From: an uncultured Alphaproteobacteria bacterium
Lineage (GTDB): Bacteria > Pseudomonadota > Alphaproteobacteria > RF32 > CAG-239
Length of the DNA: 63,763 nt
NCBI GenBank assembly: GCA_947588655.1
Contig: CANPYS010000005.1
Coordinates: 1-63,763, forward strand
Reading direction: 5' to 3'
The translations under genes and the position numbers were made by a program. This document shows positions 7,405-18,112 of the stretch, one piece after another. The notes under the pieces are model-generated. The model was not told where the DNA came from. It did not search any database and worked only from the letters and a program-made list of their open reading frames with translations. Each line of letters begins with the position of its first letter. The first letter of the stretch is position 1.

Positions 7405-9213
7405 TTATACAAAATCTATTTTAGTACGCTTGCGCAAAATGGGGTCTAAAATGCGTTTTCTTAAGCGCAAAGATTTTGGCGTCACCTCCAAAAGCTCATC
7501 TGCTTGAATATACGAAAGCGCTTGTTCCAAGCTCATTTTGCGTGGCGGAATCAAATCAATTGCCTCGTCTTTACCGGCGGCTCTGATATTTGTGAGTTGC
7601 TTAGTGCGCGTTGGATTAACCTCAATATCATTAGATTTTGTATGTTCACCGATAATCATACCCACATAAACAGGGCTATTGTGCTCCACAAACATTGGCC
7701 CGCGATCTTGAAGCTTCCAAAGCGCATAGGCAACAGCCGTGCCGTTTTCGCTAGAAACCAAAACACCTGTGCGCCGCCCCTCAATTTCGCCTTTATAAGG
7801 TTCATAAGCATAAAAAATGCGGTTCATCACGCCTGTGCCACGCGTATCGGTCAAAAATTCGGAATGATACCCAATCAGCCCGCGTGACGGCGCGTGAAAA
7901 ATCAGCCGGACTTTATTCCCAAGCTGAGAAGGAATCATATCTGTCATTTCGGCGCGACGTTGACCTAATTTTTCAACCACAGCACCAGAAAATTCTTCAT
8001 CAACATCAACAACAACTTCTTCCACAGGCTCTAAAAGATTGCCGTTTTCGTCCTTTTTCATCAAGACGCGCGGACGCGAAATAGAAAGCTCAAACCCTTC
8101 GCGACGCATTGTTTCAATCAAAACACCAAGTTGCAGTTCGCCCCGACCGGCAACTTCAAACGAATCAGTGCTATCAGTGCGTGAAATTTTAAGCGCGATA
8201 TTACCTTCCGCCTCTTTGCAAAGCCTGTCCCAAATCATACGCGAAGTCACTTTATCGCCCTCGCGACCAGCCAAAGGCGAGTCGTTGACGGAAAAAGTCA
8301 TAGCGAGTGTTGGCGGATCAATCGGTTGCGCGTGAATAGCGTCATTAACGCTATAATCACAAATCGTATCAGCCACCGTGCCTTTCACAACGCCTGCCAC
8401 CGCCACAATATCGCCAGCATGCGCCTCGTCCAAAGCGGTACGCTCCAAACCACGATAAGCCAAAATTTTGGTAATACGCGTACGCTCCACCTCGCCTTTT
8501 TCATTAATCACTTTAACAGCGTCATTAAGTTTTAAGCTACCCGATTCAATTTTACCCGTTAAAATGCGTCCCAAAAACTTATCAGCTTCCAAGGTTGTAA
8601 CGAGCATTGAAAAAGGCTTATCCGGATTGCATTTTGGCTCAGGCACATACGATAAAATCAGCTCAAAGAGCGGGGTTAAATCCTTCTTTTCATCACTTAA
8701 CTCTTTAACTGCCCAACCATTGCGACCCGAGGCATAAAGCACCGGAAAATCAAGTTGTTCATCATTGGCGTTCAAGCTCACGAACAAGTCAAAAATTTCG
8801 TTTAAGACCTCATCGGGGCGCGCGTCGGGTTTATCGGCCTTATTAATCACGACAATCGGCTTCAAGCCAATTTTAAGCGCCTTGCCCAACACAAACTTTG
8901 TTTGTGGCATTGGACCTTCGGAAGAATCAACAAGCAACACCACGCCGTCCACCATGGAAAGAATCCGTTCCACCTCGCCGCCAAAATCAGCGTGTCCGGG
9001 GGTATCTACAATATTAATATGTTCGCCTTTCCACACCACCGAGGTGCATTTAGAAAGAATAGTAATCCCTCTTTCTCTTTCCAAGTCGTTACTATCCATA
9101 ACGCATTCCGCCACTTTCTGATTATCTCTAAAAGTGCCGCTTTGCTTTAACAAACCGTCCACCAGCGTGGTTTTGCCGTGGTCAACGTGGGCTATAATTG
9201 CAATATTCCTCAT
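7405..9213 (-). CDS. typA: Translational GTPase TypA/BipA
   Basis: RNIAIIAHVDHGKTT, DTPGHADFGGEVER, GRGELQL. Confidence 0.97.
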   Translation of the reverse strand: MRNIAIIAHVDHGKTTLVDGLLKQSGTFRDNQKVAECVMDSNDLERERGITILSKCTSVVWKGEHINIVDTPGHADFGGEVERILSMVDGVVLLVDSSEGPMPQTKFVLGKALKIGLKPIVVINKADKPDARPDEVLNEIFDLFVSLNANDEQLDFPVLYASGRNGWAVKELSDEKKDLTPLFELILSYVPEPKCNPDKPFSMLVTTLEADKFLGRILTGKIESGSLKLNDAVKVINEKGEVERTRITKILAYRGLERTALDEAHAGDIVAVAGVVKGTVADTICDYSVNDAIHAQPIDPPTLAMTFSVNDSPLAGREGDKVTSRMIWDRLCKEAEGNIALKISRTDSTDSFEVAGRGELQLGVLIETMRREGFELSISRPRVLMKKDENGNLLEPVEEVVVDVDEEFSGAVVEKLGQRRAEMTDMIPSQLGNKVRLIFHAPSRGLIGYHSEFLTDTRGTGVMNRIFYAYEPYKGEIEGRRTGVLVSSENGTAVAYALWKLQDRGPMFVEHNSPVYVGMIIGEHTKSNDIEVNPTRTKQLTNIRAAGKDEAIDLIPPRKMSLEQALSYIQADELLEVTPKSLRLRKRILDPILRKRTKIDFV

Positions 9214-9349
9214 TTTTCCGCCTTATTAAAAATTTTTTCGTACCATAGCGCGAAAAATTTAAATTTCAAGAGTTTTTTCAAAAAAACACCCGCCGAAAAG
9301 CGAGCGAAAATAAATTTATAAAACAAAAACCATAACGGATGTTTTGAAA

Positions 9350-9571
9350 CTATTCTTTATGACGGAAAGTGATGCGCCCTTTTGTTAAATCGTAAGGGGT
9401 CATTTCAATATCAACCTTATCGCCGACCATCACGCGAATTCTAAATTTGCGCATTTTACCGGCGGTGTGCGCCAAAATTTCAACGCCATTTTCAAGTTTA
9501 ACGCGGAACATAGCGTTTGGCAATTTTTCAATAACTTCGCCCGTCAGTTCCAAAAGTTCTTCTTTACTCAT
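9350..9571 (-). CDS. infA: Translation initiation factor IF-1
   Basis: [13 protein letters not shown]...LPNAMFRV...[12 protein letters not shown]. Confidence 0.97.
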   Translation of the reverse strand: MSKEELLELTGEVIEKLPNAMFRVKLENGVEILAHTAGKMRKFRIRVMVGDKVDIEMTPYDLTKGRITFRHKE

Positions 9572-9663
9572 ACAAAAATCCTTTTTATTGCAAAACTTTT
9601 TATTGATATAAACCCAAAAAAAATTTTTTGCAAACATTTTCTGAACATTAAGCAAAATTTACA

Positions 9664-9689
9664 AAAAAAACCGCCTAAGCGGTTTTTTT
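9664..9689. terminator. Intrinsic terminator
   Basis: AAAAAAAACCGC-ctaa-GCGGTTTTTTT. Confidence 0.7.
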
Positions 9690-9691
9690 AA

Positions 9692-10009
9692 TTATTTAAC
9701 ATTTTGTTGTCTGTACTCTGCCAATTGCTTTTCAAGACCTTTTGCAAAACCTTGCAAACCATGTTCTTTGGCAAATTTTTCAATTTCCGGATTAGACTTA
9801 CGCTCGGCTTGTATACGACCAAAAGAAATTGTTTCAAGCCCCAATTCCTTTTTAAGCGTAGCAACAGAAGGACGATTGGGCTTATCATAATAGGTTACCC
9901 GATTACTTAAATTGTTTTCAACTGAGGCAACTAGTTTGCTTTTTATCCGAGGTCTTTTTGCCTTAACGCGTTCTTTAGCCTCTATAATTTCTTTTCCTAA
10001 ATCTACCAT
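9692..10009 (-). CDS. Hypothetical basic protein
   Basis: AAAGGA RBS; terminator immediately downstream. Confidence 0.6.
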   Translation of the reverse strand: MVDLGKEIIEAKERVKAKRPRIKSKLVASVENNLSNRVTYYDKPNRPSVATLKKELGLETISFGRIQAERKSNPEIEKFAKEHGLQGFAKGLEKQLAEYRQQNVK

Positions 10010-10159
10010 TTTCGTATCCTTTCGGTGTTCTTTTGTCCATCATAACCCACTTTTTATAATTTTGTCAAGAACTATTTTTAAATTTTTTATTTTCTTAACG
10101 CAAAGATAATCTTTTTATGTTAATTTCTCAATAACTTTATGCAACATGTGGAAAAAAGA

Positions 10160-12628
10160 ATGTCATTATTTAAATCTATTGCCACCTTTGGCGGATTTAC
10201 GTTTATAAGCCGCATAACCGGCTTTTTGCGCGATATGGTTTTAGCCAACCTTTTAGGCGCGGGCATGGTGTCCGATGCCTTTTTTGTATCGTTCAAACTG
10301 CCGAATTTATTCCGTAGCTTATTCGCCGAGGGGGCTTTCACAAGCGCGTTTGTGCCGATTTTTTCACAAAAATTGGTTTCAGAAGGCAAAAAAAATTCGC
10401 TCCTTTTTGCCGGACAAGCCATTTCGGTTTTGATTTTATTTTTAATTATATTTGTGGCGTTGTTTGAAATTTTTATGCCCACGGTGGTGCATATTTTAGC
10501 CCCGGGGTTTGTTCATGATGCCGGCAAAATTGAACTAGCGGCAAGTTTATGCCGAATCACTTTTCCTTTTTTGCTCTTTATTTCTATTGTATCATTTCAA
10601 GCGGGCATCTTAAACTCGTTTGAAAAGTTTGCCGCACCTGCCGCCGCGCCCATTATCTTAAACCTGACTATGATTTTAAGCGGTTTTATCTTTGTGCCTT
10701 TTACGCCAACGCCGGCGCATGCTTTTGCTTTTGGTATCACGCTTGCCGGAATCCTTGAAATTTTGTGGCTTCAATTTTTCTTAGCGCGACAAAACGCCTT
10801 TATTCGCCCTTATTTTCATCCGTTTGAGGTTTTGCGCAACCCGCAAATCAGACTTTTATTCAAACGCATTGCCCCTGGCATCGTTGGCGCGGGCATTTAT
10901 CAAATAAATATGGTGGTAGACACCATTTTAGTTTCATTGGTTGGCACGGGCGCTATTTCGTGGCTTTATTACGCCAATCGCTTGCAACAACTGCCTTTAG
11001 GCGTGGTTGGCGCGGCAATTAGCGTGGCTTTACTGCCCATTCTTTCCAAGCAACTTAAATCGGGCGATGTCGTTGAAAGCCGGCAATCACAAGACAAAGC
11101 CTTAGAATACGGCGCATTGTTATCTTTTCCGGCGGCGGTTTTAATGTTTACGCTTTCAAAACCGATGATTAACATTTTGTTTGAGCATGGACGCTTTAGC
11201 GCAACCGATACAACCCTCACATCTTATGCTCTCATGGCTTATGCTATCGGCTTACCGTGCTATGTGCTTGCCAAAGCCTTAATGCCTAACTTTTTCGCGC
11301 GGGGCGATACGGTAACGCCCGTTAAATACAGTGCGGTTGTTTTTGGCACAAATCTTGTGGCGAATCTTATTTTAATGCAATGGTTTGGACATGTCGGCAT
11401 TGCCGCCGCAACAACCTTAGCGGCTTTTGTTTCGGTTTATCAATATTTACACGGGCTTAAAAAGCGCGCTTATTGGCAAATGTCGGCAACCTTAAAACGC
11501 AAACTCTTTAAAATAGGGCTATGCAGTTTATTGATGGGCTTATCTGTTTGGATTTTGAGCTTTTTACTCGGCAACTGGCTTGAGCTTAACGTTTTGTTCA
11601 AGCTGATTGTTTTAGGCGGAATTTCAGTTTTTGGGTTGGCTGTATTTTTGGTATGCGCCAAGCTTTTGGGCGTGCTAGACGTAACAGAAATTTTAGCGAC
11701 CTTTTTGAAAAGAAAGAAAAAAAGCGCGATTGCCTTAGGGCTTGGACTTTGCCTTTTTGCCACAGTACCTGTGGCTGAGGCAAAAGAACCTCTGATAAAC
11801 TTTGAAAAACAAGGTGTGTTTCTATCAGATTTTTCCACGGCGGAACTGGAAGAATTTTATAAAGACGCGGATTATCAAAAATATATTGAACCCGAGGGCA
11901 ACGCTTATCCGCGCATTTTTGTGCGCAATTTGCCTTTTGATTACGCCGCTTATGCCAATTTAACCGAGCGCAACCGCTTGTTTATCAAAATTTTGATGCC
12001 CTTGGTGCTTAAAGTCAACAATGAAGTTCTTGAAGATCGTGCCGATTTAGAAGCGTTAAAATACGGTCGCGCCGACACCCCTGATTTTGACGCCACCGAA
12101 TGCGGCATTTTGGAAGAATTTTCCAAAAAATACGATGTTTTTACGCCTTTTGAAGATACGCGCCGTTGCGCTAAAATGCTTGATGAACTGCTCCAAAAAG
12201 CCGATATTGTGCCACCCTCTATTTTAATTGCCGCGGCGGCAATTTATACCGATTGGGGAACATCGCGGGTGGCGGTTGAAGGCAATAATTTATATCAGGC
12301 ACGCAACTGGTATAGCAATGAAGGGCTTGTTTCAACCGAAGAACCAAACGAGCCTTATCGCTTTAAGATTTATCCGTCTTTAGAAGAATCTATTCGCGAA
12401 TATGTGCTTAAAATCAATAGCCACGTTAATTATAAGCAATTCAGGGACGCGCGCGCGGTTTCGCACAAGTTTAGCGAGGTAATGTACGGCAAACGCCTAG
12501 ATTGGGCGTTTGTATTAGATAACAATTTACAAAATTACGCCGGACTTTTAGATTACACGCTCACGTTTTATCGTTTGCAAAGTCTGGATGAAGCAGAATT
12601 GGAGCCGGAATATGACTTTAAAGATTAA
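10160..12628 (+). CDS. murJ: Lipid II flippase MurJ fused to a Bax/GH73 glucosaminidase-like domain
   Basis: SRITGFLRD, LPNLFRSLFAEGAF, YYANRLQQLPLG; C-terminal DIVPPSILIAAAAIYTDWGTSR...GNNLY. Confidence 0.85.
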   Translation: MSLFKSIATFGGFTFISRITGFLRDMVLANLLGAGMVSDAFFVSFKLPNLFRSLFAEGAFTSAFVPIFSQKLVSEGKKNSLLFAGQAISVLILFLIIFVALFEIFMPTVVHILAPGFVHDAGKIELAASLCRITFPFLLFISIVSFQAGILNSFEKFAAPAAAPIILNLTMILSGFIFVPFTPTPAHAFAFGITLAGILEILWLQFFLARQNAFIRPYFHPFEVLRNPQIRLLFKRIAPGIVGAGIYQINMVVDTILVSLVGTGAISWLYYANRLQQLPLGVVGAAISVALLPILSKQLKSGDVVESRQSQDKALEYGALLSFPAAVLMFTLSKPMINILFEHGRFSATDTTLTSYALMAYAIGLPCYVLAKALMPNFFARGDTVTPVKYSAVVFGTNLVANLILMQWFGHVGIAAATTLAAFVSVYQYLHGLKKRAYWQMSATLKRKLFKIGLCSLLMGLSVWILSFLLGNWLELNVLFKLIVLGGISVFGLAVFLVCAKLLGVLDVTEILATFLKRKKKSAIALGLGLCLFATVPVAEAKEPLINFEKQGVFLSDFSTAELEEFYKDADYQKYIEPEGNAYPRIFVRNLPFDYAAYANLTERNRLFIKILMPLVLKVNNEVLEDRADLEALKYGRADTPDFDATECGILEEFSKKYDVFTPFEDTRRCAKMLDELLQKADIVPPSILIAAAAIYTDWGTSRVAVEGNNLYQARNWYSNEGLVSTEEPNEPYRFKIYPSLEESIREYVLKINSHVNYKQFRDARAVSHKFSEVMYGKRLDWAFVLDNNLQNYAGLLDYTLTFYRLQSLDEAELEPEYDFKD

Positions 12629-13322
12629 CCCTGTTTTATGCCGAGAAGGCATGATGGATAATTACGCCTATATTTTACAAGACGTTTCAACAGGTGTATC
12701 GGCGGTGGTTGACGCTTCCGAAGCCGCACCGATTGTTAAATGCTTAAACAAGCTTAAAATCAAGCCCGATTACATTTTAACAACACATCATCACTTTGAC
12801 CATGTTGGCGGCAATGCCGAGCTTAAAAATTTATATCAGCTCAAAATTATCGGTCCTGCGCAAGAAAGCCTGCTTATTCCCGAGCTTGACATCGGCCTCA
12901 ATGACGGCGATGTTTTTACCTTAGGCGAAAGCAAAATGCGCGTTTTGAGCGCGGCGGGGCATACCAAAGGGCATATTTTGTTTTATTTTGAAAAAGATAA
13001 AGCGCTTTTTACAGGCGATGTTTTGTTTAATTTAAGCATTGGCGCTATCTTTGAGGGTACAGAGACGCAAATGCTTCTTTCGCTTTCCAAAATTTGCGCT
13101 TTGCCTGACGATGTTTTGTTTTATCCAGGGCATGAATATACTTCCATGGGGCTTTCGGCGCTTTCGGATTCTGTTGAATCAGAAAAACTTTATAAAACTT
13201 TGGCGTTAGAAAGGCTTTCAAAAAACAAGCCCGTGCCGCCACTCACGCTTGGGCTTGAAAAACAATGCAACCCTTATTTGCGCAACATCGCGGCAGACTG
13301 CCACATTTTTTCAATGTTATAA
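12612..13322 (+). CDS. gloB: Hydroxyacylglutathione hydrolase (glyoxalase II)
   Basis: THHHFDHVGG, GHTKGH, FTGDVLF, PGHEYT. Confidence 0.9.
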   Translation: MTLKINPVLCREGMMDNYAYILQDVSTGVSAVVDASEAAPIVKCLNKLKIKPDYILTTHHHFDHVGGNAELKNLYQLKIIGPAQESLLIPELDIGLNDGDVFTLGESKMRVLSAAGHTKGHILFYFEKDKALFTGDVLFNLSIGAIFEGTETQMLLSLSKICALPDDVLFYPGHEYTSMGLSALSDSVESEKLYKTLALERLSKNKPVPPLTLGLEKQCNPYLRNIAADCHIFSML

Positions 13323-13606
13323 AAAGCGCGCACTTCAGGCTTAAAAATATGCACAATCACATCAAAAGCATCTATTAAAACCCAATCGGCTTTTTCCAAG
13401 CCCTCAACATTTGTTTTGACACCTGCTTTTTTAAGATTCTCGGCAATTTTTTCTGCAATAGAAGCAACATGCCTTTGCGATGTGCCGCTTGCCACGACCA
13501 TTTTGCCCGCAACCGATGAAATGCCCGTTAAGTCAATACTGATAATATCTTGCGCTTTCATATCTTCAAGTGTTTCGGTAACGATTTTTAATATTTTATC
13601 TTCCAT
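13274..13606 (-). CDS. rsfS: Ribosome silencing factor
   Basis: LEDMKAQDI...SGTSQRHV...WVLID...VHIF...FYNIEKMW. Confidence 0.95.
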   Translation of the reverse strand: MEDKILKIVTETLEDMKAQDIISIDLTGISSVAGKMVVASGTSQRHVASIAEKIAENLKKAGVKTNVEGLEKADWVLIDAFDVIVHIFKPEVRAFYNIEKMWQSAAMLRK

Positions 13607-13616
13607 TTTTTAATCC

Positions 13617-14678
<1,062 letters not shown>

Positions 14679-14729
14679 TCAAAACAAAAGGGGGCGAAAA
14701 CCTCACCCCCTCCGCCAATTGTGTTAAGA

Positions 14730-14981
14730 TTATTCGCTAACAACCGAAACAAAGACTTTGTCTTCTTTGCTCTTGAACTCAACCTTACCTTCGGCAACAG
14801 CAAAAATGGTGTGGTCTTTGCCCATATCCACATTATTGCCGGGATGATATTTTGTTCCGCGCTGGCGGATAATGATTGTTCCGGGGATAACAGATTCGCC
14901 ACCGAATTTTTTAACGCCTAAACGACGTCCGATAGAATCGCGTCCGTTAGAGGAACTACCGCCTGACTTCTTATGTGCCAT
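14730..14981 (-). CDS. rpmA: 50S ribosomal protein L27
   Basis: [16 protein letters not shown]...RQRGT. Confidence 0.98.
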   Translation of the reverse strand: MAHKKSGGSSSNGRDSIGRRLGVKKFGGESVIPGTIIIRQRGTKYHPGNNVDMGKDHTIFAVAEGKVEFKSKEDKVFVSVVSE

Positions 14982-14999
14982 TTCTTTACTCCTTAAACC

Positions 15000-15302
15000 T
15001 TATTTTGCGACAACACTGGTAATTTTAACCAATGTAATTTGTTGTCTATGACCGTTTTTACGACGATAATTTTGACGTCTTTTCTTTTTAAAGATAATCA
15101 CTTTCGCGTCTTTAGCTTGCTTTAAAACGGTTGCTTTGACGGAAGCGCCCTCAACAAAAGGCGTGCCAACAGTTTCGCCCATAGCCAAAACCTCGTTGAA
15201 AACGACCTCTTTGCCTTCTTCGCCGGCAATTTTTTCAATTTTCAAAACATCGCCTTCAGCGACTTTATATTGCTTTCCGCCTGTTTTAATAACTGCGTAC
15301 AT
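15000..15302 (-). CDS. rplU: 50S ribosomal protein L21
   Basis: MYAVIKTGGKQYKV...GHRQ. Confidence 0.98.
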   Translation of the reverse strand: MYAVIKTGGKQYKVAEGDVLKIEKIAGEEGKEVVFNEVLAMGETVGTPFVEGASVKATVLKQAKDAKVIIFKKKRRQNYRRKNGHRQQITLVKITSVVAK

Positions 15303-15392
15303 TTTCTTCACCTAATTTTTGATTTAAACACAAAATGTTGACTTGCACTATACATAACTTTTTTATCCTGTCAACAACATTTTAAGAAAATT

Positions 15393-15866
15393 TTAGTTTT
15401 TCTTCTTTTTTTGTTGTTCGCGCTTTAAAACGCGCCACAATTCAGGACGCATAAAACGCCCGCGCCATAAGCCTTTTTGGGCTTGTTTTGCCTCAGCTTC
15501 GGCTTTAACATAGGCTTTGCTCCGATAAGAAATAGCATGCCCCGATTGAACCATTTCGCGGTTAAGCTCAAGCCCGTCCGCCTTGCAAACACACAAATCC
15601 CGCCCGTAACGATCAGTTTTTTTGACTTTGCACGCCACATTTTTGGCTTTTGCGACCAAATTTTTCAAATATTCAAACGATTCTTTTCCACAGGCATAAG
15701 GCATATTTTGCGAATCATAGCAAATTTGCAAATATTCAGGCGCGTCAATGCCAATAAGCCGGATTTGGCGCGAGCCCTCTGCCAAACTGTCGCCGTCAAT
15801 CACCTTTATTTCGGCGCTTGCGACACTTGCCCATAACATAAAAAGCACTGCATATAAAATTTTCAT
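15393..15866 (-). CDS. Secreted thermonuclease (SNase family)
   Basis: Signal peptide, IDGDS, IRLIGIDAPE, DRYGR. Confidence 0.9.
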   Translation of the reverse strand: MKILYAVLFMLWASVASAEIKVIDGDSLAEGSRQIRLIGIDAPEYLQICYDSQNMPYACGKESFEYLKNLVAKAKNVACKVKKTDRYGRDLCVCKADGLELNREMVQSGHAISYRSKAYVKAEAEAKQAQKGLWRGRFMRPELWRVLKREQQKKKKN

Positions 15867-15988
15867 AGTTGACACCTTGATATAATTTGTGCGAAAGTAT
15901 ATGAAAGTATAAAAAAATCGCAAGCTTTTTTTGCGACGTTTTTATTTGTTAATAATCAATGCCCTTGATTATGCATGAGAGGTTGAGC

Positions 15989-17146
15989 GTGTTAAAAAAA
16001 TTGTTTTTATATTTGCCGATTATTGCTTTATTGCCGGTTTTGGCGTCATGTACCTATGTGGAAAAATATTTTTCTAAGCCCCAAGCAGAACCTGTCCGCG
16101 CGGAGATTTGGGAACCCAAAATAGCCCCCGCCGAGTCGGTTATTGTTTGCCGCGACAGACAATGCGCACCTGCCAAAATTTCTATGTCGCGCGAATATAT
16201 TTATAACTCGCTTTTGCATTTGTTAGACAACAACACGCAACAACGGGCGCTTTTGTGTACCGCCAACCCCGAATCACATGTTTGCACGGAAGAATATTTA
16301 GTTATGCCCATGACCATTGGCATTACGCCGGCGCACATGTATATTAACGATGTCAAAATTACAGATGTTTCCGTGGCGCTTAATCGCAAAAGCATTGACT
16401 TAATCTTAAATTATAACATTACCTTTAACGGGCAAACGCCTACCTGCAAGCCTGCCAAGACGCTTGTTTATGTTAAAAATTCGCAAAACATTGTCATGGA
16501 AGACGCCGGCTTTAGCTGCAAGATGACAACCATTGGCACCTCATCTGTTAAAACATTGTTTGCTATTGATTATATTGACTTAGATTATGGCTACATTGGC
16601 GGTTATTATTCCATAGGTGTTTCAGGGCCTGCGTTTGGCGGAAATTCGGGCTATATGCTTATGCGCCTACCCCAAAATGCTTATCCGCTCTCGCCTGACT
16701 TGATTTATAAAGAACCAGAGCCTGAACCTGAGCCTGAACCTGTCGTTGAGCCTGCGCCTGCACCTGCGCCTGTTCCTGCACCTGAACCTGTTGCAGAACC
16801 CGCGCCTGAAGCGCCAACAACAGTAACCGTGACTGTTACGGAAGAAGTGCCGGAAACGCAACCTTTATTATATAAAGCAGAGCCACAGCCGGATCCAACT
16901 TTTGTAACGGAAGGCGTGCAAGTTTTTCCGCTTAAGCGCAAATTTAGAAAACCTGCGCCTGAAACAACGGAAACCGTAACCGAAAAACCAGCGGAAAAGT
17001 CAACAACAAAACCTTCGGAAAAAGTGGCTGAAGAAAAGGTCGCGGAAGAAAAACCGCAAGCAAATGAAAAGCCTGAGCCCAAAACTAAAGCGCAAACACA
17101 AGAAAAAGCGCCTGAGCAAAAGCCTAGCCAAGAAAAAGCCTCTTAA
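15989..17146 (+). CDS. Lipoprotein with Pro/Glu/Ala-rich tail
   Basis: LASC lipobox; (EP)n and (AP)n repeats around 16710-16815; start codon uncertain. Confidence 0.7.
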   Translation: MLKKLFLYLPIIALLPVLASCTYVEKYFSKPQAEPVRAEIWEPKIAPAESVIVCRDRQCAPAKISMSREYIYNSLLHLLDNNTQQRALLCTANPESHVCTEEYLVMPMTIGITPAHMYINDVKITDVSVALNRKSIDLILNYNITFNGQTPTCKPAKTLVYVKNSQNIVMEDAGFSCKMTTIGTSSVKTLFAIDYIDLDYGYIGGYYSIGVSGPAFGGNSGYMLMRLPQNAYPLSPDLIYKEPEPEPEPEPVVEPAPAPAPVPAPEPVAEPAPEAPTTVTVTVTEEVPETQPLLYKAEPQPDPTFVTEGVQVFPLKRKFRKPAPETTETVTEKPAEKSTTKPSEKVAEEKVAEEKPQANEKPEPKTKAQTQEKAPEQKPSQEKAS

Positions 17147-17583
17147 AAGAGACTTTTATTTTGGGCGCAAGCTTTTATAAAAGCCTCAGCAATCGGAACA
17201 TCTGCTTTTGTCAGCGCATAATTCATAATTTCAGAGGGCTTAACCCAAGCATAAGATTCGTGTGCCGTTAAAAGCCCAATTTCAGGCGTGGCGCAAGTTG
17301 CGATAAACGCATGCAAATGAACAACCCCAAAGTCATAAGTATGACAAATGCTCATAAACGATTGCTTAACTTCCAACTCAAGCCCCATTTCTTCCATAAG
17401 CTCACGTTTAAGACATTGTTCCAAGGTTTCGCCTTTTTCAAGCTTGCCACCTGGAAATTCCCATAAAAAAGGCAACGATTTATCATGCCGCCGTTGCCCT
17501 AATAAAACTTTGCCGCCACATAATATGATGCCGGCGGCAATTTCAAGATTTTGAGAATCAGACTTTTTTGATAGGTTTAACAT
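17143..17583 (-). CDS. NUDIX hydrolase, MutT/NudG-like
   Basis: WEFPGGKLEKGETLEQCLKRELMEEMG Nudix box. Confidence 0.9.
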   Translation of the reverse strand: MLNLSKKSDSQNLEIAAGIILCGGKVLLGQRRHDKSLPFLWEFPGGKLEKGETLEQCLKRELMEEMGLELEVKQSFMSICHTYDFGVVHLHAFIATCATPEIGLLTAHESYAWVKPSEIMNYALTKADVPIAEAFIKACAQNKSLF

Positions 17584-18007
17584 AAGCCATCGCCGCATGT
17601 TCTTCACAATAGGTCTGTCCGCTTTTAACCTTTTTGCCACAAAAGCAAAAGCCCTCGTCACGCGGATCACCAATCGGCCACCGACAAGTATGATTATCAA
17701 GCTCTGTCAAGGGCAAACAGCCGTTTTGTTCTGATGAAGGAGCAACCATACTGGTATTATTAATTTCAATTGGGGTAATGACAAATTTTTTAGAGAAGTT
17801 TTCTGCCTGAACAGATACTTGCTCGTCCTGATTTTCATCTTCAGATTTCCTCTTAATTGGCGAAGGGCGTGCCGTCAGATTCAAGCGATGCACCTTGCCG
17901 ACAATAGAATTTTTAGAAACGCCTAAAGTTTTAGCAATTTCATTAGCGGTCAGGCCTTTTTTCCACATTTGGCGCAGGCCTTCAATCATTTCATCTGTCC
18001 AAATCAT
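17558..18007 (-). CDS. gcrA: GcrA cell-cycle regulator
   Basis: WTDE...SKNSIVGKVHRL; CRWPIGDP...FCFCG...YCEEH; AAGGAGG RBS. Confidence 0.92.
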   Translation of the reverse strand: MIWTDEMIEGLRQMWKKGLTANEIAKTLGVSKNSIVGKVHRLNLTARPSPIKRKSEDENQDEQVSVQAENFSKKFVITPIEINNTSMVAPSSEQNGCLPLTELDNHTCRWPIGDPRDEGFCFCGKKVKSGQTYCEEHAAMAYVKPIKKV

Positions 18008-18112
18008 TGATAACCTCCTTTGGATAATGATTTTTTTTATTTTATGCAAATATTTTGTTTAAGTCCAGCGCTTTTTTTGAAATAGTGCTTTTTATTTTTA
18101 AAAAAGTGTGTT

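Noticed and set aside
7504-9150. Antisense and alternate-frame ORFs over typA and other core genes
   Set aside because: Shadow ORFs of well-supported genes, with no RBS or motifs
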